A stretch of 64,000 bases of DNA from a bacterium (GCA_023267535.1 JAHFNC010000004.1:3757-67756); one strand, 5' to 3'; shown: positions 26,827-37,352, counted from the stretch's first letter. Translations and numbers: made by a program. Notes: generated by a model not told the origin, from the sequence alone.

Positions 26827-28123
26827 CAACGATATAAATTCGCGTGTTGAGCAATTTGAAAAAAGATCTTATCTTCTTAAAAAAGAAAGAGAAGAAGAAA
26901 GAAGCGATGAGAAATACAATAAAATTCCTATAAAAATCAACAAAAAAAACAGAAGTGACTCAATTCACATTCGTCGAAAGTCAGGTACAAGTTTCGGAAC
27001 ATGGGTATTTATTGGTTTTGTTTTACTTTTGGTTACAATTGTTTGTTTACTTTCTTTTGTCTTTAATTCAGCAACAATTACCTACAAACCAAAATATTCA
27101 GATATAGATTTAAATAATCAAAATAAGAATTTCACTTTTAATTTACAAGGAACAACAGGCGCTGTTCACTTTGTAATTGCCACTACGACAATAACCAAAA
27201 CTCAAGTTCTTCCACTGTCTGAATCAAAAGCAGTACAAAGCAAAGCTTCTGGAAAAATAATTGTTTACAATAAATTTGACTCTTCTCCACAAAAATTAAT
27301 TAAAAATACTCGTTTCGAATCGTCCGCCGGAAAAATCTACAGAATAAATCAGTCAATCACTATCCCAGGTAAAAATGGAGATACTCCAGGAAGTGTGGAA
27401 GTTACTGTTTATGCAGATAGTTATGGCTCTGATTATAATTCTGACCCAACTGATTTCACTATTCCCGGATTCAAGGGCTCGCCACGATACACCGGATTCT
27501 TTGCAAGGTCAGACGGAGCATTAACAGGAGGTGCTTCTGGTAACGCTTCTATTGCTTCACAGACAGATATAAATTCTGCGAAGGATGAATTAGCTTTAGA
27601 ATTGACCCAAGAGTTAAAAACTGCACTTAAGAAGACAACAATGAATGGATATTTAGGTTTGTATGACAACATTCAAGTAAAGTTTGCTGACAATGAAGCC
27701 GATTTGAAAGTTGGTAACGCTTCAACTTATCAAGTGACGGCGACTGGTATTCTTATGTTTGTAGACAAAAAGGAATTAGCCACCGAAATTGCCAAAACAT
27801 TACCAACAGAAAGATACACCAATGAAGATGTAAGATTGGATAATTCTGACAAGTTGAAGTTTTCATTAAAGGATTCGGCTGATATTGAGAGCACAAATAG
27901 TATCGACGTTTTGGTTGAAGGTAATCCGCGAATTGTTTGGACAACCAATGTTGAAATATTAAAGCAGAAATTAATTGGTCATAATAAAGCTGATTTTACA
28001 AAGGTTATGCATGATACTTCATCTATTGATAGCGCTGAAATAAACTTCTCTCCATTGTGGCTTAGTACGTTCCCTGGTGCAGAAAATAAAATAAAGTTCG
28101 TTGAACAAATCGGAAAGAACTAA
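26786..28123 (+). CDS. membrane-anchored extracytoplasmic hypothetical protein
   Basis: 445 aa; basic N-terminus, one TM (~aa 70-95), Ser/Thr-rich ectodomain; overlaps the previous ORF by 41 nt (true start uncertain). Confidence 0.5.
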   Translation: MQDIKKPHSRSKSDNDINSRVEQFEKRSYLLKKEREEERSDEKYNKIPIKINKKNRSDSIHIRRKSGTSFGTWVFIGFVLLLVTIVCLLSFVFNSATITYKPKYSDIDLNNQNKNFTFNLQGTTGAVHFVIATTTITKTQVLPLSESKAVQSKASGKIIVYNKFDSSPQKLIKNTRFESSAGKIYRINQSITIPGKNGDTPGSVEVTVYADSYGSDYNSDPTDFTIPGFKGSPRYTGFFARSDGALTGGASGNASIASQTDINSAKDELALELTQELKTALKKTTMNGYLGLYDNIQVKFADNEADLKVGNASTYQVTATGILMFVDKKELATEIAKTLPTERYTNEDVRLDNSDKLKFSLKDSADIESTNSIDVLVEGNPRIVWTTNVEILKQKLIGHNKADFTKVMHDTSSIDSAEINFSPLWLSTFPGAENKIKFVEQIGKN

Positions 28124-28174
28124 TTTGTGTTGATTTATTATGCTTTCACTGATAAAATCAAATCTCAACTAACT

Positions 28175-28387
28175 ATGAACAACGAAGAAATTGAATTAGT
28201 GGAAGGAAGAGTAACCGAGGCGTTACCAAGCACCCTCTTTCGTGTTCAAACAAAAGACGGAAAAGAAATACTGTCATATTTGGGAGGAAGAATGAGAGTA
28301 AACAAAATAAAAATCTTAGTAGGAGACAGAGTAACAGTTCAAGTTGATCCATATGGGGGAAAAGGGAGAATAATCAAAAGACTGTAA
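28175..28387 (+). CDS. infA: translation initiation factor IF-1
   Basis: 'EGRVTEALPSTLFRVQTKDGKEILSYLGGRMRVNKIKILVGDRVTVQVDPYGGKGRI'; start at 28175. Confidence 0.85.
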   Translation: MNNEEIELVEGRVTEALPSTLFRVQTKDGKEILSYLGGRMRVNKIKILVGDRVTVQVDPYGGKGRIIKRL

Positions 28388-28434
28388 AGTTTTGAATTAT
28401 AGATTTCATTATTAACTAAAAATAGCCAATTATA

Positions 28435-28463
28435 TTGCATTTAATTTAAATATATAGTAGAAT
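28435..28463 (+). promoter_or_regulatory. candidate promoter for the rpmJ-rpsM-rpsK-rpsD-rpoA-rplQ operon
   Basis: TTGCAT, 17 nt, TAGAAT, 20 nt upstream of rpmJ ATG. Confidence 0.4.
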
Positions 28464-28482
28464 AGCTACCATATTTTCTTTT

Positions 28483-28596
28483 ATGAAAGTTAGATCATCA
28501 CTTAAAAAAATTTGTTCGAAATGTAAGATGCTTAAGAGAGGTGGAGTACTTCGCGTAATTTGCGTTACTCCAAAACATAAACAATGCCAAGGCTAA
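28483..28596 (+). CDS. rpmJ: 50S ribosomal protein L36
   Basis: Not in ORF track (37 aa): [37 protein letters not shown]. Confidence 0.8.
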   Translation: MKVRSSLKKICSKCKMLKRGGVLRVICVTPKHKQCQG

Positions 28597-28603
28597 ACTA
28601 TAT

Positions 28604-28984
28604 ATGCGTATTTCAGGTATAACACTTCCAGAAAATAAGAGATTAGAGATTGCCCTTACGGCTGTTTATGGTGTCGGACGTCCTCGCGCTAAGAAAATAT
28701 TAGACAAGCTAAAGCTTGATTGGGGAATGAAGACTGCCGATCTTACACCAGAGCAAGAAAATGCTATTCGTAAAGAGATTGAATTATTCAAAACCGAAGG
28801 GGATTTGAAAAGAGACAATCAACAAAACATTAAAAGACTAAAAGACATCAAGGCCTACAGAGGTACACGTCATACCAAGCACCTTCCAGCCAGAGGACAA
28901 AGAACAAAAACAAATAGCAGAACTGTTCGTGGAAATGTTCGTCGTACTATGGGTAGCGGTCGCAGAAAGGTTGAGAAGACCTAA
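28604..28984 (+). CDS. rpsM: 30S ribosomal protein S13
   Basis: 'MRISGITLPENKRLEIALTAVYGVGRPRAKKIL'. Confidence 0.9.
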   Translation: MRISGITLPENKRLEIALTAVYGVGRPRAKKILDKLKLDWGMKTADLTPEQENAIRKEIELFKTEGDLKRDNQQNIKRLKDIKAYRGTRHTKHLPARGQRTKTNSRTVRGNVRRTMGSGRRKVEKT

Positions 28985-28994
28985 AAAATAATAT

Positions 28995-29429
28995 ATGGGT
29001 AAAAAAAGAATTGTAAAAAAGAATAGTTCCGGAGTAGATAATGCCCTAAAAGCAAGATCTTTAGCTAGAGCAACAAAGAAGAAAATTGTTGAAGGTATTT
29101 TGTATGTGCAATCAACCTACAACAACACCGCCTTGTCATTAACAGATAAAGCAGGGAACGTTTTGGTTTGGTCATCGTCTGGTGCGCTTGGCTTCAAGGG
29201 AGCTAAAAAGGGTACACCCTTTGCAGCATCTAAGATTGCTGAGCTTATTGGTGAGAAGGCACAACAGATTGGTCTTAAGGAAGTTTCTGTAATCGTAAAA
29301 GGAGTTGGTTCAGGTAGAGAATCCGCAATTAGAACTTTTTCGGCTTTCGGAATTGAAATTACTAAAATAGTGGATAAGACACCAGTTCCACATAACGGTC
29401 CGAAGCCTCGTAAGCCTCGCCACGTATAA
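28995..29429 (+). CDS. rpsK: 30S ribosomal protein S11
   Basis: 'GILYVQSTYNNTALSLTDKAGNVLVWSSSGALGFKGAKKGTPFAA'. Confidence 0.9.
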   Translation: MGKKRIVKKNSSGVDNALKARSLARATKKKIVEGILYVQSTYNNTALSLTDKAGNVLVWSSSGALGFKGAKKGTPFAASKIAELIGEKAQQIGLKEVSVIVKGVGSGRESAIRTFSAFGIEITKIVDKTPVPHNGPKPRKPRHV

Positions 29430-29440
29430 TTTTAAATATT

Positions 29441-30079
29441 ATGAGTAGAATCACATGTAAAACTTGTCGTCGTTTGGGAGAATCGGTCTGTGGCCGTGAG
29501 AAGTGTGCTTATAAGAAGCGCCCTTATACTCCAGGAAAGCTAGATAGCGAAAAGAAAAGAAGATCAGCACTATCAGAATACGGTGAGCAACTTCGTGCTA
29601 AGCAAAAGATGCGTATCACTTACGGCCTAATAGAAAGACAATTCGCTACTTATGTTAAAGGCGCGACTCTTGTTCAAAAAGCTGTTAAAGGAAAAGATGC
29701 AGTCAAGGAAACAATTTCTCCTTCACTTAAACTTTATAGATTACTAGAAGGAAGATTGGATAACATTGTTTATCGTTCAGGAATTGCAAACACAAGAGCT
29801 CTTGCTCGTCAGCTTGTAAACCACGGACACGTAACTGTTAACGGTCGCAAATTAAGTATTCCTTCACACCAAACAAAAGTCGGTGATGTAATCTCTATCC
29901 GTGAGGGTAGTAAGGTTGCGAAAGTTTTTGTTGGTTTGGAAGAAAAATTAACAGCTTTAGCACCAAGTAGTGTCGTCTCTGTTAATCCAAGTAAGTTGGA
30001 AGCAAAAATAACTGGACTTCCACGTGAAGTGGAGCCAGCATTTGATACTCAGAAGGTTCTTGAGTATTACAGTAGATAA
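29441..30079 (+). CDS. rpsD: 30S ribosomal protein S4
   Basis: N-terminal zinc-ribbon 'CKTCRRLGESVCGREKC', S4 RNA-binding domain. Confidence 0.9.
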   Translation: MSRITCKTCRRLGESVCGREKCAYKKRPYTPGKLDSEKKRRSALSEYGEQLRAKQKMRITYGLIERQFATYVKGATLVQKAVKGKDAVKETISPSLKLYRLLEGRLDNIVYRSGIANTRALARQLVNHGHVTVNGRKLSIPSHQTKVGDVISIREGSKVAKVFVGLEEKLTALAPSSVVSVNPSKLEAKITGLPREVEPAFDTQKVLEYYSR

Positions 30080-30084
30080 CCCGA

Positions 30085-30120
30085 AAATGCAAGTGGATAA
30101 GAAAAACTTGCATTTTTTTG
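30085..30120 (+). terminator. terminator/attenuator hairpin between rpsD and rpoA
   Basis: ATGCAAGT-loop-ACTTGCAT followed by TTTTTTT. Confidence 0.5.
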
Positions 30121-30185
30121 GTTTTTCTAGTATTATTAGATAACTTTTATAAAGCGCGCTAATTTAAAGACTTTTTTATTTTTTT

Positions 30186-31148
30186 ATGTCTTCACACTCT
30201 ATTATTTTGCCATCAAAACCAAGAATCGTTAAAGAAGACGCCCTACACGGCGTCTATGAAATTGACGGTCTATATCCAGGATATGGACACACTTTAGGTA
30301 ATTCCTTAAGAAGGATTATTCTTTCTTCTATACCAGGAGCTGCTATTACTTCTCTTTCAATAGACGGAGTAAAGCATGAATTCTCTTCAATTGACGGCAT
30401 TAAAGAAGACGTTATAACAATAATTCTAAACTTAAAGAAGCTAAACTTTAAACTACACACAGACGAAGGACAGAAGGCGACACTAAAGATAAAGGGTGCG
30501 AAGATAGTTACCGCTAATGACATTTCAATTCCATCACAGCTAGAAATACTTAACAAAGATGAGTACATTTGTGAATCAACTGCAAAGGACGTAGATGTTG
30601 TTGTTGAATTAACAATTGAAAAAGGCCTTGGTTATGTTCCTCGTGAAGAAATCCAAAAAGAAAAAGCTGATATCGGCTCTATTATTTTAGATGCTGCTTT
30701 CACTCCAATTCGTCGTGCAAGTTACGAAGTTGAGAATATGCGTGTTGGTGACAAAACTGACCACAATCGTTTAAGAGTTTCTATTGAAACAGACGGAACA
30801 ATTACTCCACACGAAGCACTAGAGCATTCAATCCACACAATGATTAGTCAATTACAAGCTGTTGTTGGTTTTAGAGAAGCAACTCCTGTAGCTCAAAAAG
30901 AAGAAGCTCCTGTCGCAAAAATATCAGAAGCTGATCTTGATGAGAGCGATGTTACAAAAATCAAAGTAGAGGATTTAAATCTTTCTACAAGAACTTTAAA
31001 CGCAATTATCTCAGCCTCAATCAGAACAGCCGGTGGTCTTTCTCGTAAAACAGAAGATGACCTTCTAAATACTGACGGTCTAGGAATAAAGGGAATTGAT
31101 GAAATAAAGAAGGCACTAGAAAATCTAGGACTTACACTTAAACAATAA
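30186..31148 (+). CDS. rpoA: DNA-directed RNA polymerase alpha subunit
   Basis: 'GYGHTLGNSLRRIILSSIPGAAITSLSIDGVKHEF'; alpha-CTD at C-terminus. Confidence 0.9.
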   Translation: MSSHSIILPSKPRIVKEDALHGVYEIDGLYPGYGHTLGNSLRRIILSSIPGAAITSLSIDGVKHEFSSIDGIKEDVITIILNLKKLNFKLHTDEGQKATLKIKGAKIVTANDISIPSQLEILNKDEYICESTAKDVDVVVELTIEKGLGYVPREEIQKEKADIGSIILDAAFTPIRRASYEVENMRVGDKTDHNRLRVSIETDGTITPHEALEHSIHTMISQLQAVVGFREATPVAQKEEAPVAKISEADLDESDVTKIKVEDLNLSTRTLNAIISASIRTAGGLSRKTEDDLLNTDGLGIKGIDEIKKALENLGLTLKQ

Positions 31149-31165
31149 TTAGAAATTAAAAAGGT

Positions 31166-31519
31166 ATGAAGCATCACAAGTCATTCAGAAAATTCGGTAG
31201 AGAAAAAAATGGTCGCAAGGCGTTCGTCAGAGGTCTGATTATAAACCTTGTTCGTCATGGAAGAATTGAAACAACTCTTGCTCGCGCAAAAGAGATTCGT
31301 CCTTTCGTTGAAAAATTAGTTACTCTAGCTAAAAGCGATACTGTTGCCAGAAGAAGATTAGTTACTTCTCGTATTATTAATCAAGAGGATGAGACAATTA
31401 AGCTCTTCAAAGAACTTGCTCCAAAGTATAAAGAAGTAGCTGGAGGATACACTCGTATTATAAAATTGCCAAACCGTCTTTCTGATGGAGCTGAAAAGGC
31501 AATTATAGAATTTGTATAA
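31166..31519 (+). CDS. rplQ: 50S ribosomal protein L17
   Basis: 'MKHHKSFRKFGREKNGRKAFVRGLIINLVRHGRIETT'. Confidence 0.9.
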   Translation: MKHHKSFRKFGREKNGRKAFVRGLIINLVRHGRIETTLARAKEIRPFVEKLVTLAKSDTVARRRLVTSRIINQEDETIKLFKELAPKYKEVAGGYTRIIKLPNRLSDGAEKAIIEFV

Positions 31520-31528
31520 AATAAATTT

Positions 31529-31873
31529 ATGAACTACACAATTGACGCCACAAATAAACCCCTAGGAAGACTTGCTTCAGAAGTAGCATCTATTTTGAAT
31601 TCCAAAAATGATGTTAACTTCGTTAAGAACAGAGTAGAAGAAATGACTGTCACTGTAACTAATGCTTCTAAAGTAAAAGTAACTGGCAATAAAATGAAAG
31701 ACAGTGTCCATAAGTCATTTTCTGGATATCCAAGTGGATTAAAAGAAAGAACACTTAACTATGTTGTTGCTAATAAAGGTTTTAGTGAAATTATAAGACA
31801 CGCTATAAAAGGAATGCTTCCAAAGAATAAATTACAAGATATTCGTATGAAGAATTTAACAATTGAAGAATAA
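31529..31873 (+). CDS. rplM: 50S ribosomal protein L13 (short)
   Basis: 'IDATNKPLGRLASEVASIL…VTGNKMKD…AIKGMLPKNKL'. Confidence 0.85.
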   Translation: MNYTIDATNKPLGRLASEVASILNSKNDVNFVKNRVEEMTVTVTNASKVKVTGNKMKDSVHKSFSGYPSGLKERTLNYVVANKGFSEIIRHAIKGMLPKNKLQDIRMKNLTIEE

Positions 31874-31878
31874 AGATT

Positions 31879-32286
31879 ATGACTACTGATACAAAAAATC
31901 GCTATATTGAAGGAATTGGTCGCAGAAAGACTGCTATTGCTCGTGTTCGTATAACTCCTGCTACTAAAGGGTCTTTCACTATAAATGATAAAGACATAAA
32001 AGTATATTTTGATACTAATGATTTACAAGCAATCGCTCAAAGTGCCATTACCAAAACTGAAATCAAAGATAAATTTTTAATAACAGTAAAAGTTTCTGGT
32101 GGTGGAATACACGCACAGGCTGAAGCAATTCGTCACGGACTTTCTCGTGCTTTAGTTATAAGAGACGAAGATATAAAAAACACCCTAAAGAAATTAGGTT
32201 TCCTAAAGAGAGATCCAAGACAAGTTGAAAGAAAGAAATTCGGACTTAAGAAGGCTCGTAAAGCTCCAACATGGAGTAAGAGATAG
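31879..32286 (+). CDS. rpsI: 30S ribosomal protein S9
   Basis: Ends '…KKARKAPTWSKR'; 'GGGIHAQAEAIRHGLSRAL'. Confidence 0.9.
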   Translation: MTTDTKNRYIEGIGRRKTAIARVRITPATKGSFTINDKDIKVYFDTNDLQAIAQSAITKTEIKDKFLITVKVSGGGIHAQAEAIRHGLSRALVIRDEDIKNTLKKLGFLKRDPRQVERKKFGLKKARKAPTWSKR

Positions 32287-32297
32287 GTTAGGTAATT

Positions 32298-32324
32298 TAA
32301 ACCCCCGCGAAGGGGTTTTAAATT
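32298..32324 (+). terminator. rho-independent terminator after rpsI
   Basis: AAACCCC-CGCGAA-GGGGTTT. Confidence 0.55.
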
Positions 32325-32384
32325 TGACAGAATAGACGATTTCGTTTATATATAATAGGTGCCTAAGGAGCACTTTTTTAAATT

Positions 32385-32963
32385 ATGAAAAAAGAAGAAA
32401 ATAAAAATGCCACAGAAATGGAGGAAATGACAGATGATGTAGAATTTGAAGAAGTGAATGAAGAAGGAGAAGTAGATACAAAAACTACGATTAAAAAATT
32501 AAGAATAAAAGTAAAAGAATTAGAAGCCGAAAAAAGAGAATACTTACTAGGTTGGCAAAGAGCTCAAGCTGATTATGCTAATCTAAAAAAAGAACATATT
32601 GGAGATATGGCAAATAGAACTAGACTAGCCAACAAAAATCTCGTTGAAGATTTAATTCCAGTTCTTGATTCTTATTACATGGCTAGAAATAATGCGGAAG
32701 CTTGGAATAAAGTAGACTCGGGATGGAGAAGCGGTATTGAATATATTTTTAATCATTTCTTATCAGTGTTAGAAAAAATAGGACTCTCATCTTTCGGAGA
32801 AGTTGGAGAAAAATTTAATCCGATTATCCACGAAAATATTGAAATTGTATCTACCGAAGATTCTTCAAAAAATGATATAATAGAGAGTATATTAGCAAAA
32901 GGATACAAAATGGGAGATACAATAATACGTCCGGCGAGAGTAAAAGTATTTCATTCTGCTTAA
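32385..32963 (+). CDS. grpE: nucleotide exchange factor GrpE
   Basis: Acidic N-terminus, coiled coil, 'YLLGWQRAQADYANLKK', C-terminal beta domain. Confidence 0.8.
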   Translation: MKKEENKNATEMEEMTDDVEFEEVNEEGEVDTKTTIKKLRIKVKELEAEKREYLLGWQRAQADYANLKKEHIGDMANRTRLANKNLVEDLIPVLDSYYMARNNAEAWNKVDSGWRSGIEYIFNHFLSVLEKIGLSSFGEVGEKFNPIIHENIEIVSTEDSSKNDIIESILAKGYKMGDTIIRPARVKVFHSA

Positions 32964-33003
32964 GATAAAAGTTAGTAAATTATAAATTTAATTATTTAAA
33001 ACT

Positions 33004-34872
33004 ATGTCAAAGATTATTGGTATTGATTTGGGAACAACAAACTGTGCTGTGGCCATCATAGAAGGAGGACAGCCGAAAATAATAGAAAATGTTGAGGGTA
33101 ATAGAACTACCCCTTCTGTTGTTTCTGTAAATAAAAATGGTGAAAGATCTGTGGGTCTTATCGCTAAGCGTCAAGCCGTAACCAACGCCAAAGATACTAT
33201 TTACGGAGTAAAGCGCTTCATGGGACATTCTTTTAAAGATAAGGAGGTTCAAAATGACATTCCTAATGTAGCGTATGGTATTAAGGAAGGAGATAACGGC
33301 GGAACATTAATCACACTTTCCGGGAAAGATTATCGTCCAGAAGAAATTTCAGCAATGATTTTACAAAAAATAAAAGCTGATGTAGAGGCTAAACTTGGAG
33401 AAAAAATCACTGAAGCGGTGATAACTGTTCCTGCATATTTTAATGATACACAACGTCAAGCAACAGTAGACGCCGGAAAAATTGCCGGCCTTGATGTTAA
33501 AAGAATTATTCCTGAACCGACAGCAGCCGCTCTTGCATATGGTTTTAACTCACAAAAAAATGAAAAGCTGGCTGTCTTTGATTTTGGTGGAGGCACATTT
33601 GATATTTCTATTTTAGAAGTAGGGGATGGGGTGGTTGAAGTAAAATCAGTTGATGGTGACTCTCACCTTGGAGGACGTGACATTGACCAAAAGTTTGTTC
33701 AATTTATCGCATCTGAATTTAAAAAAGAATCAGGTATTGATATTACAGCTGACCCATTAGCACTTCAGAGATTAGATGAGGCCGCAGAAAAAGCAAAACA
33801 CGAACTTTCAACTCAATTAGAAACCGAAATAAATCTTCCGTTTATTACATCAGACGCTAATGGTCCAAAGCACTTGGTTATTAAGGTAACAAGAGCGTCA
33901 CTTGAAAATATTGCAAAAGAATTTATAGATAGAGCTTTAGTTATTACACAAAGAGCGTTGGACAATTCTCCATTTAAAAAAGAAGAAATACATGAAATTA
34001 TTATGGTTGGCGGACAAACCAGAATGCCAATGATTGTTGAAGCTGTTAAAAATCTTTTTGGAAAAGAACCAAACCGAACAATTAACCCAGATGAAGTGGT
34101 AGCGCTCGGCGCCGCTGTTCAAGCTGGAGTTCTTCAAGGTGATGTAAAGGATGTTTTACTTTTGGATGTCATTCCGCTTTCACTTGGGATTGAAACCATG
34201 GGTGGAGTTTCTACAAAACTTGTTGAGAAAAACATGACTATACCAACATCAAAGTCACAAATATTTTCAACCGCTGCTGATAATCAGACTTCAGTTGAAA
34301 TTCATATCGTTCAAGGAGAGCGTCCGATGGCTACAGATAACAAATCACTAGGTAGATTTATTCTAGACGGTATTCCACCTGCGCCTCGTGGTATGCCTCA
34401 AGTGGAAGTAACTTTTGATGTTGACGCTAATGGCATACTACAAGTAAAAGCAAAAGATAAAACCAGTGGAAAAGAACAATCAATTCGCATAGAAGCCTCA
34501 TCTGGTTTAACTGATGAGGATATCAAGAAGATGCAACAAGATGCTGAAGCTCATGCCGAAGAAGATAAAAAGAAAAGGGAGTTGGCTGAAGAGAAAAATA
34601 TGTCAGATGCTTTAGTTCATACCGCCGAGAAAGCACTTAAAGAGGCTGAGGGTAAAATAGGAGATGATGTAAAGAAAGAAATTGAAGATAAAATAAATGC
34701 TTTAAGAACTGCTCGTAATGGTGAAGATGTATCTTTGATTAAATCTTCGGCCGAGGAATTATCTGCTTCTATGATGAAAATAGGTGAAGCTATGCAAAAA
34801 GCACAATCGGAATCAAATACTACTGAAACAAACACAGAAAATACAAACCCTACTGACGAAAATAAAGGATAA
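33004..34872 (+). CDS. dnaK: chaperone DnaK (Hsp70)
   Basis: '[15 protein letters not shown]', '[12 protein letters not shown]', 'VGGQTRMP'. Confidence 0.95.
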   Translation: MSKIIGIDLGTTNCAVAIIEGGQPKIIENVEGNRTTPSVVSVNKNGERSVGLIAKRQAVTNAKDTIYGVKRFMGHSFKDKEVQNDIPNVAYGIKEGDNGGTLITLSGKDYRPEEISAMILQKIKADVEAKLGEKITEAVITVPAYFNDTQRQATVDAGKIAGLDVKRIIPEPTAAALAYGFNSQKNEKLAVFDFGGGTFDISILEVGDGVVEVKSVDGDSHLGGRDIDQKFVQFIASEFKKESGIDITADPLALQRLDEAAEKAKHELSTQLETEINLPFITSDANGPKHLVIKVTRASLENIAKEFIDRALVITQRALDNSPFKKEEIHEIIMVGGQTRMPMIVEAVKNLFGKEPNRTINPDEVVALGAAVQAGVLQGDVKDVLLLDVIPLSLGIETMGGVSTKLVEKNMTIPTSKSQIFSTAADNQTSVEIHIVQGERPMATDNKSLGRFILDGIPPAPRGMPQVEVTFDVDANGILQVKAKDKTSGKEQSIRIEASSGLTDEDIKKMQQDAEAHAEEDKKKRELAEEKNMSDALVHTAEKALKEAEGKIGDDVKKEIEDKINALRTARNGEDVSLIKSSAEELSASMMKIGEAMQKAQSESNTTETNTENTNPTDENKG

Positions 34873-35001
34873 AATACTTAGGAACTTGTTGCGAAGTATT
34901 TTATCCTTTTCAACTCCTCGGCTCGGAAATGTGAAAGATTACTTTTCCACTTCTCTCGCTCTACGTCGTTAATAAAACAACTGAATAATCTAAAAACAAA
35001 A

Positions 35002-35030
35002 ACAGCCGTCGCAATTCCTGCGACGGCTGT
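35002..35030 (-). terminator. terminator of the antisense gene between dnaK and dnaJ
   Basis: ACAGCCGTCGCA-ATTCC-TGCGACGGCTGT; the T-run is on the minus strand (complement of the A-rich tract at 34993-35001). Confidence 0.55.
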
Positions 35031-35035
35031 TAAAT

Positions 35036-35818
35036 TTAAGAGCATTGATAAACTTCGTTCACAGCCTTTTTCATTTCTTCTTCTGTAACGATTGGTCTTT
35101 CTTCATTTAGAAAGTTTTGTAAATTACTGACGTTTATGAGAGACAAAACATCCCTCAACGGCCTGTTGAACCTTCCGTATTCAATAGGAGAAATCAGTAG
35201 CGTATTTTTTCTCTTAAGGAAATCAAAAAACGGAATTCCGTTTACCCTACAAAAGTTACGACAAGCATCATTAAACAAATCACACAGCGAATGGACCAGT
35301 TGTTGATCATACATAAAATCTGATCCATCATGATAACGGAAACACCAGTGAAAGGACCTCCTAGCCAGAGTATGTTTATGTTTTTTGTAAATCAAATCAA
35401 TCAAATTTTTTGCTTTGTTGCAGATTTCTTCCTCTTGATGATCGCCGTGCTGTATCCAACTGACAGTGGCAGAAGAAGGAAAAACATTTTCTGAAAAAAC
35501 TTCGCCAGTATAACTGACAGAGAATTTAACTGCGATAACAGGAGTGGAAACCCCTTCTCGTAAACCAAAATACCTTTTGATATCTCTGTTAAAAAGATTT
35601 ATGCTTTGTGGCATTTTTGAGTAAGGAAGATTTTTTAAACACATGTCTACAACTTCGGTGTTTAAAAAACGAAGTGGAGGAATAATACCCACCACAACTA
35701 AAACCCATCCAGTCTCATTTTCTTCAACAAAAAATCCGTCTTCCCTGACCATAGCACCAACCGGGTCAAGGGCTAAGCAATGAAAAACTTCACTACTCTC
35801 ACTTATCAAGGAGCTCAT
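35036..35818 (-). CDS. hypothetical protein inserted antisense in the hsp70 operon
   Basis: 260 aa; Cys/His-rich C-terminal half (HWCFRYHDGSDF…LCDLFNDACRNFC); GC-richer than flanks; own terminator. Confidence 0.5.
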   Translation of the reverse strand: MSSLISESSEVFHCLALDPVGAMVREDGFFVEENETGWVLVVVGIIPPLRFLNTEVVDMCLKNLPYSKMPQSINLFNRDIKRYFGLREGVSTPVIAVKFSVSYTGEVFSENVFPSSATVSWIQHGDHQEEEICNKAKNLIDLIYKKHKHTLARRSFHWCFRYHDGSDFMYDQQLVHSLCDLFNDACRNFCRVNGIPFFDFLKRKNTLLISPIEYGRFNRPLRDVLSLINVSNLQNFLNEERPIVTEEEMKKAVNEVYQCS

Positions 35819-35908
35819 TTTTCCTCCACTTTTTAATTATGGAAAACTGTTAAGTATACTATCACGATTCTTTATAAAATCAATTATTATTGTTATAATA
35901 GAGACCAT

Positions 35909-36202
35909 ATGAATTTAACCGCCTTAGCTAATAGTTTTACAACAAATGTAATCAGTGCCATCGCTTTTTTATTAATGACTGGTTCAATAACGGCATTTTT
36001 TTACGGAACTTTTGTATTTCTTGTAAATCAACAAAAGGGAGATAGCGCAAAAAGTAATGATGGAAAACAATTTATGTTATGGGGATTAATTTCACTTTTT
36101 GTTATGTTTTCTGTTTGGGGGATAATAACAGCTCTACAAGTCAATCTTGGGTTTGGCACAAGCACCAACATACAAATTCCTGCCATGAACGTTGGTCAAT
36201 AA
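35909..36202 (+). CDS. small two-TM membrane protein
   Basis: 97 aa; two hydrophobic helices separated by a charged loop. Confidence 0.4.
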   Translation: MNLTALANSFTTNVISAIAFLLMTGSITAFFYGTFVFLVNQQKGDSAKSNDGKQFMLWGLISLFVMFSVWGIITALQVNLGFGTSTNIQIPAMNVGQ

Positions 36203-36266
36203 TTTTTGTTTTTAGTGTAAATAATTTAGACTTTATATATTTGTTTTTTTATGTTATAAATCTTCT

Positions 36267-37352
36267 ATGACAAAGAACTATTACGATGTTTTAGGAATCG
36301 AAAAATCAGCTTCAAAAGATGAAATTAAGAAGGCTTTTTATAAGCTAGCTTCAAAATATCACCCTGATAAAAAAGGAGGAGACGAGGCTAAATTCAAAGA
36401 AGTAAACGAAGCCTATCAAATTTTATCCGATGAAAAGAAGAGGAAAGAATACGATACCTATGGACAAACATTTTCTGGCTCTGGAGCAAGAGCGGGGGGA
36501 TTTGGTTTTGAGGGATTTGACGCTTCTGACTTTTCAAATATGCAATTTGATTTTGGAGACTTAGGAGATATCTTTGGTGATATGTTCGGAATGGGTGGAT
36601 CACCATTTGGTGGGCCTCGTCAAAAAAGAGGGCGCGATATTTCTCTTGAGGTAGACATTTCTTTTTCCGAATCAATTTTTGGAACACAAAGAGATGTGCT
36701 GATAAGCAAAGTTGGACAATGTAAAACCTGCAAAGGAACAGGGGCAAAACACGGAACCGAAACAACAACTTGTGAGATTTGTAACGGTAAAGGAAAAGTT
36801 CACGACACTAAGAAAACTTTTATGGGAACATTCCAAACTGTAAAGACTTGCAGTAACTGTAATGGTAAAGGAAAAGTTGCCAAAGAGAAATGTCACGATT
36901 GTCGTGGAGCTGGAGTTCATACTATGAAAGAAGATATTCACATAGAAGTGCCGGCTGGAATATCAAACGGAGAAATGATTAGATTGTCACAAATGGGAGA
37001 AGCTATCTCAGGAGGACTGTCTGGTGATTTATATGTCAGAGTGAATGTCGCGTCTCATAAAGAATGGAAAAGGGAGGGAGCTGATTTAATTATTAAGCAT
37101 AGTATTAAATTAACTGATGCTTTACTTGGAGCAAAGCACACGATACACGGATTAGATGGCGACATAAATATAGAAATTGCACCTGGCGCTTCCGCTGGAG
37201 AAATTTTACGAGTAAGGGGACGAGGCGTTCCTTCTGTTCACGATAAAATAAAAAGAGGAGACGCTCTTGTAAAACTAGACATCATTATGCCAAAGAAGTT
37301 AACCAAAAAAGCGATGAAGTTAGTGGAGGAAATGAAAGAGGAGGGGCTATAA
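36267..37352 (+). CDS. dnaJ: chaperone DnaJ
   Basis: J-domain with 'HPD'; G/F region; four CxxCxGxG zinc-finger repeats. Confidence 0.9.
   Translation: MTKNYYDVLGIEKSASKDEIKKAFYKLASKYHPDKKGGDEAKFKEVNEAYQILSDEKKRKEYDTYGQTFSGSGARAGGFGFEGFDASDFSNMQFDFGDLGDIFGDMFGMGGSPFGGPRQKRGRDISLEVDISFSESIFGTQRDVLISKVGQCKTCKGTGAKHGTETTTCEICNGKGKVHDTKKTFMGTFQTVKTCSNCNGKGKVAKEKCHDCRGAGVHTMKEDIHIEVPAGISNGEMIRLSQMGEAISGGLSGDLYVRVNVASHKEWKREGADLIIKHSIKLTDALLGAKHTIHGLDGDINIEIAPGASAGEILRVRGRGVPSVHDKIKRGDALVKLDIIMPKKLTKKAMKLVEEMKEEGL

Noticed and set aside
32362-32384. GTGC-CTAAGGA-GCAC hairpin plus T-run just before grpE, considered as a CIRCE/HrcA operator or attenuator
   Set aside because: Only a 4-bp stem and no resemblance to the CIRCE consensus TTAGCACTC-N9-GAGTGCTAA; the AAGGAG within it is more simply the grpE ribosome-binding site.
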